From NCBI GenBank assembly GCA_963841965.1, contig CAWJES010000015.1, forward strand, positions 5,186 to 69,185: a stretch of 64,000 bases of DNA, in the 5' to 3' direction. Made by a program: the position numbers and the translations under genes. Below are positions 16,874 through 27,519 of this stretch, piece after piece. How positions within the stretch are numbered: position 1 is the stretch's first letter; every line of letters starts with the position of its first letter. Origin of the DNA: an uncultured Acidimicrobiaceae bacterium (lineage in GTDB: Bacteria > Actinomycetota > Acidimicrobiia > Acidimicrobiales > RAAP-2). The notes under the pieces are model-generated. The model searched no databases, was not told the DNA's origin, and saw nothing but the letters and a program-made list of their open reading frames with translations.

Positions 16874-19556
16874 CGAGACGCGTGCCTCCGTGTCCTTCAC
16901 CCTGGACGGCCGGACCACGACCGCGGAGCCCGGCGAGATGCTGATCGCCGCCGCCGAGCGAGCCGGGACCTACATCCCGAGGTTCTGCTACCACCCCCGG
17001 ATGGAGCCCGTCGGGGTCTGCAGGATGTGCCTCGTCGAGGTGGACGGACCGAGGGGACCGACCCTCCAGCCGGCCTGCTACGTCGGCGTCACCGAGGGCA
17101 TGACCGTCGTCACCGACTCCGACAAGGTGAAGAAGGCACAGGACGGGATCCTCGAGTTCCTGCTCGTGAACCACCCGCTCGACTGCCCGGTCTGCGACAA
17201 GGGCGGCGAGTGCCCGCTGCAGGACCAGACCCTCGCGCACGGCTCGGGCGACACCAGGTTCGCTGAGGAGAAGCGCCACTTCGCGAAGCCGATCCCGCTG
17301 TCGGACCTCGTGCTGCTCGACCGCGAGCGTTGCATCCAGTGCAGTCGGTGCACGAGGTTCGCGTCCGAGGTGGCAGGAGAGGCCCAGATCGATTTCCTCG
17401 GTCGTGGCGAGCAGGTGGAGGTCGCCACGTTCCCCTCCGAGCCCTTCACCTCGCACTTCTCGGGCAACACCGTCCAGATCTGCCCGGTCGGGGCCCTGAC
17501 CGCGTCGCCGTACCGCTTCTCGGCGCGCCCGTGGGACCTCGAGCAGGTCGAGTCGACCTGCACGACGTGCTCGGTCGGGTGCCGCGTGGCGGTCCAGTCC
17601 TCGGCCAACCGGATCACGCGCCTGCTCGGCGTGGACTCCGACCCCATCAACCACGGCTGGCTCTGCGACAAGGGACGGTTCGCGTACGAGGCGACGAACG
17701 GACAGGAGGAAGGCGAGCCGCTGCTCCCGCTGACGTCGCCGCGCCGCCGACTCAACGCGCCGCTCCTGCGTCGCGACGGCGAGCTTGTCGAGGTCCCCTG
17801 GGGCGAGGCGATCGCGGCGGCCAAGGATGCGATCCAGCGCGCCACCGTTTCGTCACCGGCGGGGTTCGGCGCGATCGGGGGAGCCGCGCTCACGAACGAA
17901 GCGCAGTACCTCTGGGCACGCTTCTTGAAGGGCGTCGTGCGCACCGACTCGGTCGACGCGCAGTTCGGCGACGGTTTCGATCCGGCGCTGCTCGGCGAGC
18001 TGCCGAGCGCGACGATCGACGATGCCACCACAGCGGCAGCCGTGCTCGTGATCTCGGGGGATCTCGAAGAGGAGCTCCCCATCCTCTTCCTGCGGCTCCG
18101 CTCCGCAGCGGTCGCCGGAGCGACGAAGCTCGTCGAGCTGGCCATGGCCTCGAGCAGGCTCGCCTCGGTCAGTGCCGCATCGCTGCCGATCCGTCCGGGC
18201 GAGGCACCCGAAGTCGCCGCCGCCCTGATCGGTGACGACGCAGCGGTTGCTCGCCTCGCATCGCACCCCGAGGGTGCCGCATTCTCGCGTGAGTCCCTCG
18301 ACGCCGCCCGCGCCGTGATCCCCGAATCTGGCGATGGCCTCGTCGTCGTCATCGGGCGTGCGAACGTCGCCGAGTCGTCGGCCGTGGTCGAGTCGACCGC
18401 CCGCTTCCTCGCTGCTCGCCTTCCGAAGGCACGCTTCCTGTTCGCGCTCCGCCGCTCCAACATCGCTGGTGCGATCGATCTGGGGCTCACGCCGGGCATG
18501 CTGCCCGGACGGGTGACGCTCGAGAACGGGTCGGCATGGTTCACGAGCCACTGGGGCGGTGTCCCCGAGGAGCGCGGCCGCGACACGATCACGCAGCTGC
18601 AGGCCCTCTCGTCGGGGGAGCAGTCGGCCGTCCTGCTGCTGGGCGCCGACCCGATGAGCGACTCGATCGACCCCGAACTGGCGGCCAGCGCCCTCGCGGC
18701 CGCGAGCGACGTGATCCTGGTGGGCGGGCACGGCGGGCCGGTGCTGGCGCACGCCTCGATCGTGCTCCCCGCAACCGTCGCCCACGAACGGTCAGGGACG
18801 ACGACGAACCTCGAGGGTCGTGTCCTCAAGCTGGGCCAGAAGCTCGTCGGCCCTGGATTCGCCTGGCCCGACACGGACATCGCCGGTGAGCTCATCGGCG
18901 CGTTCGGGGGCACGGTTCCAGCGACGGACCCCTCGGCGCTGACCGACGAGATCGCGGACCTCTGTGCGCTCCGCGCGGGAATCACGACCGATGCACTCTC
19001 CGCGCGCGACGACGGCATGGTGTTCGGCCGCGACGCCGGCGCTCCGCGCGGCGCGCTCGATCCAGTGGCGTTTCCCGGCGTCCAGTCTCCCGAGCTCGTC
19101 GGCCTCAACCCGCTCGCGGGCGCGGTCACGGTTCCGGCCGAGGACGCCGCCACGGGCACAGCCCCATCTCCGGCTGCGGCGCGCGCGTCCGACGGCGAGT
19201 CACTCCGCGTGCCCCCTCCTGACGCCTACTCGCTGCGGCTCGTGGCGGTTCGGCACCTGTTCGACCGCGGCGCAGCAATCGAGGCGTCGCCCAGCCTGCT
19301 GCCGCTCGTGCCGACCGCGGAGGTTCGCGCCAACCCCTACGACCTCGACCGAATCGGAGCCACGAGCGGATCCGAGGTCCAGCTCCGGTCGTCGAAGTCG
19401 ACGGCCGTCCTGCGTGCCGTCGCCGACACAACCGTGGTCAAGGGCACTCTGCGGATCGGCCTCAACCTGGATGCAGCGGGGGCCGCGGACAGGATCGCCG
19501 TCCGACTCATCGATCAGGGCGAGATCGTCACCGAGATCAGGATGGAGTCGGTATGA
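16866..19556 (+). CDS. nuoG: NADH-quinone oxidoreductase subunit G
   Basis: N-terminal 2Fe-2S/4Fe-4S cysteine motifs (CRMCLVEV, HPLDCPVCDKGGECPLQD, CIQCSRCTRF, CPVGALT) followed by a molybdopterin-like domain. 896 aa. Confidence 0.95.
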   Translation: MADETRASVSFTLDGRTTTAEPGEMLIAAAERAGTYIPRFCYHPRMEPVGVCRMCLVEVDGPRGPTLQPACYVGVTEGMTVVTDSDKVKKAQDGILEFLLVNHPLDCPVCDKGGECPLQDQTLAHGSGDTRFAEEKRHFAKPIPLSDLVLLDRERCIQCSRCTRFASEVAGEAQIDFLGRGEQVEVATFPSEPFTSHFSGNTVQICPVGALTASPYRFSARPWDLEQVESTCTTCSVGCRVAVQSSANRITRLLGVDSDPINHGWLCDKGRFAYEATNGQEEGEPLLPLTSPRRRLNAPLLRRDGELVEVPWGEAIAAAKDAIQRATVSSPAGFGAIGGAALTNEAQYLWARFLKGVVRTDSVDAQFGDGFDPALLGELPSATIDDATTAAAVLVISGDLEEELPILFLRLRSAAVAGATKLVELAMASSRLASVSAASLPIRPGEAPEVAAALIGDDAAVARLASHPEGAAFSRESLDAARAVIPESGDGLVVVIGRANVAESSAVVESTARFLAARLPKARFLFALRRSNIAGAIDLGLTPGMLPGRVTLENGSAWFTSHWGGVPEERGRDTITQLQALSSGEQSAVLLLGADPMSDSIDPELAASALAAASDVILVGGHGGPVLAHASIVLPATVAHERSGTTTNLEGRVLKLGQKLVGPGFAWPDTDIAGELIGAFGGTVPATDPSALTDEIADLCALRAGITTDALSARDDGMVFGRDAGAPRGALDPVAFPGVQSPELVGLNPLAGAVTVPAEDAATGTAPSPAAARASDGESLRVPPPDAYSLRLVAVRHLFDRGAAIEASPSLLPLVPTAEVRANPYDLDRIGATSGSEVQLRSSKSTAVLRAVADTTVVKGTLRIGLNLDAAGAADRIAVRLIDQGEIVTEIRMESV

Positions 19557-20788
19557 CCCACCTGCTCGCAACCGGCGACCCGATCTACGCGAACGGCGTC
19601 GGCTGGATCGCCATCGTTGTGACCGTGGTCAAGATCCTGGTCGCGTTCGCCCTGCTGCTCATCTCGGTCATGCTGCTCATCTGGTTCGAGCGCAAGGTGA
19701 TCTCAGACATGCAGAGCCGGATCGGACCGGAGCGGTGGGGACCCTTCGGCATCCTCCAGACGCTCGCCGACGGCATAAAGGCCTTCTTCAAAGAGGACCT
19801 GGTCCCGGCCAACGCGAACAGGTTCGTCTTCAAGCTCGCGCCCTACCTGGTGCTCATCCCGGCGCTCGTCACGTTCTGCATCATCCCCGTCGGCGGCGAG
19901 GTGACGATCCACGGGTACTCCACCTACCTGCAGGTCGCGGACCCTCAGATCGGCATCCTGCTGCTGCTCGCAATGTCAGGCATCAGCGTCTACGGGGTGA
20001 TCCTGGCCGGCTGGGGGTCTGGATCCAAGTACCCGCTCATGAGCTCCGTACGCGCCAGCGCGCAGATGGTCTCCTACGAGGCCGCACTCGGCCTTTCCAC
20101 GGCGACCGTCGTGCTCGTCGCGGGCACCCTCTCGACGGACGGGATCGTCGCCGCCCAGGGCGGCGGGTTCTGGCACTGGAACGTCATCCGCCTCGGTGTC
20201 GTGCCCTTCCTCATCTTCCTGATTGCGATCACGGCCGAGATGAACCGCCCGCCGTTCGACACGGTCGAGGCTGAGTCCGAGCTCGTCGGCGGCTTCAACA
20301 CCGAGTACTCGTCGATCCGGTTCGCGCTGTTCTACCTGGCTGAGTTCATGAACGTCATCGTGATGTCGGCGATCATGGTGACCCTCTTCTTCGGCGGGCC
20401 GAGCGGCTGGATCCCGAACGTCCCGCACCTCCAATGGCTCTTCCCGATCCTCTGGTTCCTCGGCAAGGTCCTCGTGTTCTGCTTCTGCTACGTCTGGTTC
20501 CGAGCCGCGCTCCCGCGGTTCCGGTACGACCAGCTGATGTCCCTCGGATGGAAGCGCCTTATCCCCATCGCCCTCGCATGGCTGTTGCTCATCGCTGCGT
20601 TCCTGGTCAACGTGTGGTGGGGACTCGGCACCGCCGGTGTGATCCTGATCGCGTCGCTCCTGCTCTCGAGGGCCTTCGAGCTCGGCGACGCGCGGGAGCT
20701 CGGCGATGACACGATCCTCGATCCCGTCGGCGAGCGCCCCGTGCCGCCGACCATCCTGCGTCGGCTGACCGATGAGGAAGGCGCCTGA
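19553..20788 (+). CDS. nuoH: NADH-quinone oxidoreductase subunit H
   Basis: ERKV.S.MQ.R.GP, LADG.K and PFD..EAESELV.GF.TEYS motifs. Confidence 0.95.
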   Translation: MTHLLATGDPIYANGVGWIAIVVTVVKILVAFALLLISVMLLIWFERKVISDMQSRIGPERWGPFGILQTLADGIKAFFKEDLVPANANRFVFKLAPYLVLIPALVTFCIIPVGGEVTIHGYSTYLQVADPQIGILLLLAMSGISVYGVILAGWGSGSKYPLMSSVRASAQMVSYEAALGLSTATVVLVAGTLSTDGIVAAQGGGFWHWNVIRLGVVPFLIFLIAITAEMNRPPFDTVEAESELVGGFNTEYSSIRFALFYLAEFMNVIVMSAIMVTLFFGGPSGWIPNVPHLQWLFPILWFLGKVLVFCFCYVWFRAALPRFRYDQLMSLGWKRLIPIALAWLLLIAAFLVNVWWGLGTAGVILIASLLLSRAFELGDARELGDDTILDPVGERPVPPTILRRLTDEEGA

Positions 20789-21531
20789 TGGCCGCCGACG
20801 ACGCCACGAGCGACTTCAGCTTCTTCAAGGGGTTCTCCCTGACGCTGCGCCACATCGGCCGAAAGCGGGTGACGAGGCGCTACCCGGCGGAGAAGCGTCC
20901 GAAGCAGCCGCGCCAGCACGGCCGCCACGTTCTCAACCGGTATGAGGACGGCATGGAGAAGTGCATCGGCTGCGAGCTGTGCGCCGGCGTCTGCCCCGCC
21001 GACTGCATCTACGTGCGAGGCCTCGACAACCCGCCGGACCACCCGGTGTCACCCGGCGAGCGGTACGGGTACATCTACGAGATCAACTACCTGCGCTGCA
21101 TCCACTGCGACTTGTGCGTGGAGGCATGCCCCACCGAGGCGATCACGGAGTCCAAGCTGTTCGAGTTCTCATTCAAGAACCGCGCGGATGCGATCTACAC
21201 GAAGCGAGAGCTGCTCGTGGACGACGACGGGCATCCGCAGCGCCTCCCGTGGGAGGACTGGCGCGAAGGCGACGACTTGCACACGTCGGGCTGGATGCGC
21301 GCGACGTCCCCGTCCGGCGCCGCGGACTTCGAGGGCGTCGAGCAATGGTCGGGCGAGCTCGGCTATGGCGTCCGCCCCGCCGAGGGCGGTCAGTCCGCCA
21401 ACCGTGATGACGCGGCGACCGGGACCAGGGCCGTGCGCGACGTGCTGTCCGAGCACCTGCTCGCCGAGGACCAGCCACCGAGGACGTTCAAGCCCCCCCG
21501 CGCGTTCAGGTCGCGGAAGGCGAAGAAGTGA
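20788..21531 (+). CDS. nuoI: NADH-quinone oxidoreductase subunit I
   Basis: Two ferredoxin motifs (CIGCELCAGVCP and CIHCDLCVEACP). About 70 extra C-terminal residues. Confidence 0.9.
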   Translation: MAADDATSDFSFFKGFSLTLRHIGRKRVTRRYPAEKRPKQPRQHGRHVLNRYEDGMEKCIGCELCAGVCPADCIYVRGLDNPPDHPVSPGERYGYIYEINYLRCIHCDLCVEACPTEAITESKLFEFSFKNRADAIYTKRELLVDDDGHPQRLPWEDWREGDDLHTSGWMRATSPSGAADFEGVEQWSGELGYGVRPAEGGQSANRDDAATGTRAVRDVLSEHLLAEDQPPRTFKPPRAFRSRKAKK

Positions 21532-22229
21532 CCGGGATGCTGGCGACGACAAGGACGATCCCCGACGTCCTCGTGTTCATCGCGTCCGCGCTGATCATCC
21601 TCTCGGGCGCCGTCGGCGTGGTGATCTGCAAGAATCCCGTCCACTCGGCCCTGAGCCTCATCGGAACGCTCCTGGGCGTCGCGCTTGCGTTCGTGGAGCA
21701 GCAGGCGCACTTCCTGGCCGCCGCCCAGATCATCGTGTACGCGGGCGCGATCGTCATCCTCTTCCTGTTCGTGATCATGTTCCTCGGGGTCGACCGGGAG
21801 GAGAAGATCTCCGTCGAGCCGCTCGTCGGCCACCGCCCGCTCGCGATCACTGCCGTCGGCGTCATCGTCGGCGGCCTGATCGCGCTCATCGCCGCCGGTG
21901 GCTGGTATTCCGGTGCCCATTCGGTCGCGGGCCCGAACGACCCGTCCAACGATGTCGGCGCGCTCGGCAAGGCGGTGTTCACGACCTATCTGTTTGCCTT
22001 CGAGGCCACCGCGCTCCTCCTCATCATCGCCGTCGTCGGCGCGGTGCTTCTCGCTCGACGCCAGCCGGAGGGACGCTCACGCGAGTCCGCCGCGAGCCCC
22101 GGGCCAGACCTCGATCCCGCGCAGGACGCCGTCGACGCCGCCCCGATTGCGTCGGATGCGGATCAGACCGACGAGAGACTTGGCGATGAGCTCGGCCAGG
22201 ACCAGGACCATGAGGAAGTGGCGCCGTGA
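21528..22229 (+). CDS. nuoJ: NADH-quinone oxidoreductase subunit J
   Basis: [29 protein letters not shown] and an acidic C-terminal tail. The GTG overlaps the nuoI stop. Confidence 0.85.
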   Translation: MTGMLATTRTIPDVLVFIASALIILSGAVGVVICKNPVHSALSLIGTLLGVALAFVEQQAHFLAAAQIIVYAGAIVILFLFVIMFLGVDREEKISVEPLVGHRPLAITAVGVIVGGLIALIAAGGWYSGAHSVAGPNDPSNDVGALGKAVFTTYLFAFEATALLLIIAVVGAVLLARRQPEGRSRESAASPGPDLDPAQDAVDAAPIASDADQTDERLGDELGQDQDHEEVAP

Positions 22230-22531
22230 CGATCCCCGCCGCCTGGTACCTCGTGCTGTCGGTGCTGTTGTTCGGCATCGGCGCGACGGGCTTCCTCATC
22301 CGTCGCAATGTGCTCGTGATGTTCATGTGCATCGAGCTCATGCTGAACTCGGCGAACCTCGCCTTCGTGACGTTCTCGAGGGTCCTCGACGATGTGGGCG
22401 GTCAGGCCACCGTGTTCTTCGTCCTCGTCGTCGCGGCAGCCGAAGTCACCGTCGGGCTCGGCATCGTGGTGTCAATCTTCCGGCGACGCAACAGCGCGAT
22501 CGTCGACGACGTCCACGAGATGAAGGGCTGA
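22226..22531 (+). CDS. nuoK: NADH-quinone oxidoreductase subunit K
   Basis: A 101-aa product with 3 TM helices and [24 protein letters not shown]. Confidence 0.9.
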   Translation: MTIPAAWYLVLSVLLFGIGATGFLIRRNVLVMFMCIELMLNSANLAFVTFSRVLDDVGGQATVFFVLVVAAAEVTVGLGIVVSIFRRRNSAIVDDVHEMKG

Positions 22532-22532
22532 G

Positions 22533-24401
22533 ATGGTCTACGCAGCTGTCTGGATGCCGATCGCAGCGCTCGCGGGCTTCCTCGTGCTCCTCACCTTCGG
22601 ACGGCGCATCGGCGAGCCGATCGCCGGCTGGATCGGGACCATCGCGATCACCGCGGCCTTTGTCGTCTCGATCGTCGCGTGGATCGGACTCCTGCACCAG
22701 TCCGACCGCGAGGTCACCCAAAACCTCTTCAACTGGATCCCGATCGGTGGGGTGCAGGTCAAGGCGGCGCTGCTGATCGACCCGCTGTCGGTCACGATGT
22801 GCCTGTTCGTCACGGGTGTCTCCGCCCTCATCCACCTGTATTCGATCGGGTACATGCACAAGGAGCGGGACTTCACGAAGTTCTACGTGTATCTCAACCT
22901 CTTTGTCTTCTCCATGCTCGTGCTCGTGCTCGCCAACAATCTGCTGCTCACCTTCGTCGGATGGGAGGGCGTGGGCGTCTGCTCCTACTGGCTGGTGTCG
23001 TTCTACTTCGAGAAGGACAGCGCGGCCTCTGCCGGCAAGAAGGCGTTCATCTACAACCGGATCGGCGACGTAGGGATGCTGATCGCGATCTTCATCTTCG
23101 TCACGCACCTCCACACGCTCGACTACCTGCAGATCAACTCGGTTGCGGGCGCACACCTCTCGAGCACGGACCTCACGATCGCGGTGCTTGCGCTCCTGCT
23201 CGCAGCGACGGGAAAGTCCGCGCAGATCCCGCTGTTCAACTGGCTGCCCGACGCCATGGAGGGTCCGACCCCGGTGTCCGCGCTCATCCACGCCGCGACG
23301 ATGGTGACGGCTGGCGTGTACCTGCTGTGCCGCATGAACCACGTCCTGGCGTTCAGCGGGTCGGGCAGGGCGACCATCGCCGTGATCGGCGGCGTGACGG
23401 CGTTCGTCGCCGCCACCATCGCGACCTCCCAGAGCGACATCAAGAAGGTGCTGGCCTTCTCGACGGTCTCCCAGATCGGCTACATGGTGCTGGCCGTCGG
23501 TTCGGGTGCCTACATCGCGGCGATCTTCCTCATGGTCTGCCACGCCTTCTACAAGGGCCTGCTCTTCCTGGGTGCGGGCTCGGTCATCCACGGGCTCCAC
23601 GGCGAGCAGGAGCTCGATCGCATGGGCGGCCTTCGCAAGCTGATGGCATGGACCTACGCCACCTTCCTCGTCGCGTGGCTCACGATCTCGGGAGTGCCGC
23701 CGTTCTCAGCCTTCTTCTCCAAGGGCGACGTCCTGAAGGGCGCCTACGAGTACTCGAAGCCGCTCTGGGCCCTCGGCGTCGTGACCGCGTTGCTGACCGC
23801 GTACTACATGAGCCGACTCTTCTACCTCGCCTTCACCGGCGACCCCCGCTTCCTCGAGGCCACGGCCGATGGCAGGCCCGCGCTCCACGAGCCGCACGAG
23901 TCCCCGTGGGTCATGCGGATTCCCCTGCTCGTGCTCGCCGTCTTCGCGGCTGCCGGCGGCCTGCTCGGCACCCCGCTCACGAACTTCCTCACGCCCGTCT
24001 TCGCCGGGAACCTCCCGATCCCGCTCTCGCATGGCACCCAGATCGCCCTCGAGGTGCTCGACGCGGTGATCGCGGTCGGCGGCATCGCGATCGCATGGGT
24101 CCTCTGGCGCGGTCGTTCGGAGCGGCCGTCGCTGACGCCGAGGTTCCTCTTCCGCGTCTGGTACTGGGACGACGCCTACGACGCCGTGATCGGCAGGCCG
24201 GGGACGGAGCTCGCGAACTTCTCCGCAGAGACCATCGATCCCAAGGTGATCGATGGCGCCGTGATGGGGATCGCGACCCTGGTTCGCAGGACGTCGCTGC
24301 AGGCTCGGAAGCTGCAGAGCGGCTACGTGCGCAGCTACGCGCTGCTGATGACCGTTGGTGTCGTCCTGTTCATCGCCTACCTCCTGGCGAGGACCTTCTG
24401 A
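22533..24401 (+). CDS. nuoL: NADH-quinone oxidoreductase subunit L
   Basis: FVGWEGVG.CSY.L., AATGKSAQIPL..WLPDAMEGPTPVSALIHAATMV. Confidence 0.95.
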   Translation: MVYAAVWMPIAALAGFLVLLTFGRRIGEPIAGWIGTIAITAAFVVSIVAWIGLLHQSDREVTQNLFNWIPIGGVQVKAALLIDPLSVTMCLFVTGVSALIHLYSIGYMHKERDFTKFYVYLNLFVFSMLVLVLANNLLLTFVGWEGVGVCSYWLVSFYFEKDSAASAGKKAFIYNRIGDVGMLIAIFIFVTHLHTLDYLQINSVAGAHLSSTDLTIAVLALLLAATGKSAQIPLFNWLPDAMEGPTPVSALIHAATMVTAGVYLLCRMNHVLAFSGSGRATIAVIGGVTAFVAATIATSQSDIKKVLAFSTVSQIGYMVLAVGSGAYIAAIFLMVCHAFYKGLLFLGAGSVIHGLHGEQELDRMGGLRKLMAWTYATFLVAWLTISGVPPFSAFFSKGDVLKGAYEYSKPLWALGVVTALLTAYYMSRLFYLAFTGDPRFLEATADGRPALHEPHESPWVMRIPLLVLAVFAAAGGLLGTPLTNFLTPVFAGNLPIPLSHGTQIALEVLDAVIAVGGIAIAWVLWRGRSERPSLTPRFLFRVWYWDDAYDAVIGRPGTELANFSAETIDPKVIDGAVMGIATLVRRTSLQARKLQSGYVRSYALLMTVGVVLFIAYLLARTF

Positions 24402-24403
24402 CC

Positions 24404-25906
24404 GTGCACTCGTCCATCCTCCTCAACGCGCTCATCCTGTTCCCCGTGCTGGGCGCGGTCGTCCTGGCATGCCTGCCCGAGCTCGAGCAGTCCGCGGCCG
24501 TCGTCGTCGGTGCGGCGATCGCGATCGTCGAACTCGTCGGGGCGGCGTTCCTGGCCGTCGGCTACCACCCGAAGGGTGCGACCTACCAGTACGCGTCGTA
24601 CAAGGTCTACGCCCGGCCGTTCGGACTCGTCTGGCACGTGGGCGTCGATGGCATCTCGGTGCTGCTGATCGTCCTCACGGCGATCATCGTGCCCCTGGCG
24701 ATCATCGGCGCGACGCCGAAGATGCGCTCACGAACCGCGATCGCGTGGCTGCTGCTCTTGGAGACGGCCACGATCGGATCGTTTGCGAGCCTCGATTTGC
24801 TCCTGTTCTTCCTGTTCTTCGAGCTGACCCTCGTGCCTGCGTACTTCCTCATCGCACGCTGGGGCGACCGGCTCCGAGGTCCCGCCGCTGCGATGAAGTT
24901 CTTCGTGTACACGCTGGTCGGCTCCGCGTTCCTCCTGGTGGGGATCATCGTCCTCGCATTCATCCACCAGTCCCAGCACGGCGGGACGCTCACGTTCTCG
25001 ATCATCGCGCTCGCCGACACCCACCTGAGCGGCACGGCGGGCGTCCTGCTCCTGCTCGCGTTCACGGCTGCGTTCGCAGTCAAGTCCCCGCTCTTCCCCT
25101 TCCACACCTGGTCGCCGGACGCGTACTCCGAGGCCCCCATCGCCGGTTCGGTCGTGCTGGCGGCGCTGCTTGCGAAACTCGGCACGTACGGCATCCTGCG
25201 GTTCGACATCACGCTGTTCGGCCATGCGCTGCGCACGGTCGCCCCCTGGATCATCGCGCTCTCGATCATCGGCATCCTCTACGGCGCGATCGTCGCGTGC
25301 GGGTCGCGCGACCTGAAGCGCCTGCTCGCCTACTCCTCGCTGGCCCAGGTCGGCTTCATCATCCTCGGGACGGTCTCACTCAACCGCGCGGGCGTGGACG
25401 GCGCCGTGCTCCTGATGTTCAACCACGGCATCATCACCGCCGCCCTCTTCCTCCTCGTTGGCTTCCTGGCCGAGCGCCGCGGGACCTCGCAGATCTCCGA
25501 TCTCCGCGGCCTCCAGGGACCCGCACCCGTGTTCGCGGCGCTGTTCACGGTCGCGATGCTCGCCTCGATCGGCTTGCCGGGCCTGAACGGGTTCGTGAGC
25601 GAGTTCCTGGTGCTCGTCGGCTTCTTCGGCGCCCACGGCTACTGGGCCATCATCCCGACCCTCGGGGTCGTCGTCGCGGCGATCTACCTCCTGTGGGCGT
25701 ACCAGCAGGTCTTCCACGGCGTCGCCGAGGGCGACAACGCGCGGATCACCGACCTGACGGGGCGCGAGCGCGGCGTGCTCGCCCCGCTCGTCGCGATCAT
25801 GGTGCTCCTCGGCGTCTACCCGAAGATCGTGCTTGACCTGATCGGCCCGTCGGTCGTGCACCTGCTGGCCCACGCGCATGTGGCTGTCGTGGTGGTGGGA
25901 CGATGA
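24404..25906 (+). CDS. nuoM: NADH-quinone oxidoreductase subunit M
   Basis: FF.FFEL.L.P.YFLI, K.PLFPFHTW.PDAY.EAP. GTG 24404 lies just after the nuoL stop. The upstream part of track ORF 22679.. is out-of-frame nuoL. Confidence 0.9.
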   Translation: MHSSILLNALILFPVLGAVVLACLPELEQSAAVVVGAAIAIVELVGAAFLAVGYHPKGATYQYASYKVYARPFGLVWHVGVDGISVLLIVLTAIIVPLAIIGATPKMRSRTAIAWLLLLETATIGSFASLDLLLFFLFFELTLVPAYFLIARWGDRLRGPAAAMKFFVYTLVGSAFLLVGIIVLAFIHQSQHGGTLTFSIIALADTHLSGTAGVLLLLAFTAAFAVKSPLFPFHTWSPDAYSEAPIAGSVVLAALLAKLGTYGILRFDITLFGHALRTVAPWIIALSIIGILYGAIVACGSRDLKRLLAYSSLAQVGFIILGTVSLNRAGVDGAVLLMFNHGIITAALFLLVGFLAERRGTSQISDLRGLQGPAPVFAALFTVAMLASIGLPGLNGFVSEFLVLVGFFGAHGYWAIIPTLGVVVAAIYLLWAYQQVFHGVAEGDNARITDLTGRERGVLAPLVAIMVLLGVYPKIVLDLIGPSVVHLLAHAHVAVVVVGR

Positions 25907-27519
25907 CGACGATCACCATCCCGTCCATCCACTACCTGGCGATCCTGCCCATCCTCATCTTCACGGGAGCCGCTCTCGCGCTCCTGATCTCGACCGCACT
26001 GGTCCGTGGCCGCCTGCCGCGCGTGGCGGGCACCTGGGTCACAGTCGCCGCCTCGGTCGCCGCGCTCGTGGCGGTCGGCTTCCAGTGGCGAAACGTGCTC
26101 GTGGACGGTCCCTCGACGACGATCGCCAACTCCATCGTGCTCGACGGCTTCGCTGTCGTCGCCACGGGCATCATCGCCGTCTCCATGGGCCTGACGGCCC
26201 TTGTCGCGGACGGGTGGCTCGAGGACGCCGGCTACACGGGTGTTGACCTGCACATCCTGGCGCTGTCGTCGGCGGCCGGCGCGATGATGATGGCGGCTGC
26301 GAACGACCTCGTGATCATCTTCCTCGGTCTCGAGATCCTCTCGATCGCCCTCTACGTGCTGGCGGCGTTCGATCGGCGCTCCGAGCGATCGGGCGAGGCG
26401 GCGCTCAAGTACTTCCTCCTCGGCGGGTTCGCATCGGCGATCTTCGTCTACGGCATCGCGCTCACCTACGGGGCGACCGGCACGACGCAGCTCACCCAGA
26501 TCTCCGACTTCCTCGCCCAGAACCTCCTCAAGTCGGACGGCCTGCTGCTCGCCGGAGCGGCGCTGCTGCTCGTCGGCTTCGCGTTCAAGGTCGCGGCGGT
26601 CCCGTTCCACGCCTGGTCCCCGGACGTCTACGAGGGTTCCCCCACGCCGGTGACCGGCTTCATGGCGGCCGTGGTCAAGGTCGGCGCCTTCGCGGCGGTG
26701 CTCCGCGTCTTCTCGTCGGCGCTCTTCACCCAGCAGACCGCGTGGCGGCCGATCGTCTTCGCCCTGGCCGTCCTCTCCCTCCTCGCCGGCGCGGGCCTGG
26801 CCGTCGTCCAGCGCAACATCAAGCGGATGCTCGCGTACTCCTCGATCAGTCACGCCGGGTTCATCCTCATGGGGCTGTGGGCCGCCTCGCCCCGCGGTTC
26901 GTCGGCGTCGCTCTACTACCTGATGGTCTATTCCCTGATGGTGATCGGGACCTTCGCGATCGTCACGGTGGTCTCCGCGAACGGACGCGAGGACATCTCC
27001 GACTACCGCGGCCTCGGCCGGCGACGACCCGCGCTCGCTGCCGCGCTCACGGTGCTGCTGCTCGCCCAGGCGGGGACGCCGTTCACCACCGGCTTCCTCG
27101 CGAAGCTGTCGGTGCTCGAGGCGACGATCCAGGCGCAGGGCCCTGCAGCCGACACCCTCGCCGTGATCGCGATGATCGCGACCGCGATCGGTGTCTACTT
27201 CTACCTGCGCGTCGTCGTGCTCTGCTACTCAGGCGAGGCGGAAGACGACGGGGATGAGCCAGCCCCGTCCGTGCCGGTCGCGCGTCTGTCAGCGGTAGGC
27301 GCGGGGATCGCGGTCGATGACGACCGCGACGGGGCCTCCGCAGACCGGAGCACCGAGCCGGCCGAAACCGACGAGGTCGGACCCGATCAGACGCTCCGGG
27401 TCCCCGTGCTCACCTCGATCGCGATCTTCCTGTGCGTGGCGCCGACGATCGTGTTCGGCGTCTGGCCCTCCCCGCTCGCGGACCTGGCCCAGCACGCCTC
27501 CATGCTCTTCCACCCGTGA
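25903..27519 (+). CDS. nuoN: NADH-quinone oxidoreductase subunit N
   Basis: FLGLEILSI.LY.L, FK..AVPFH.W.PDVYEG.PTPVT. The ATG overlaps the nuoM stop. Confidence 0.9.
   Translation: MTTITIPSIHYLAILPILIFTGAALALLISTALVRGRLPRVAGTWVTVAASVAALVAVGFQWRNVLVDGPSTTIANSIVLDGFAVVATGIIAVSMGLTALVADGWLEDAGYTGVDLHILALSSAAGAMMMAAANDLVIIFLGLEILSIALYVLAAFDRRSERSGEAALKYFLLGGFASAIFVYGIALTYGATGTTQLTQISDFLAQNLLKSDGLLLAGAALLLVGFAFKVAAVPFHAWSPDVYEGSPTPVTGFMAAVVKVGAFAAVLRVFSSALFTQQTAWRPIVFALAVLSLLAGAGLAVVQRNIKRMLAYSSISHAGFILMGLWAASPRGSSASLYYLMVYSLMVIGTFAIVTVVSANGREDISDYRGLGRRRPALAAALTVLLLAQAGTPFTTGFLAKLSVLEATIQAQGPAADTLAVIAMIATAIGVYFYLRVVVLCYSGEAEDDGDEPAPSVPVARLSAVGAGIAVDDDRDGASADRSTEPAETDEVGPDQTLRVPVLTSIAIFLCVAPTIVFGVWPSPLADLAQHASMLFHP

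Noticed and set aside
22679-25906. A 1075-aa ORF that could suggest a giant NuoL/M-like protein
   Set aside because: Only the part from GTG 24404 (nuoM) is real. The upstream 575 codons are an out-of-frame reading of nuoL. The same applies to 13228.. (nuoD), 14067.. (nuoE), 43795.. (qcrB), 46798.. (purU), 48316..50352 (ctaF), 37168..38505 (hemH) and 53389.. (GH1-like).
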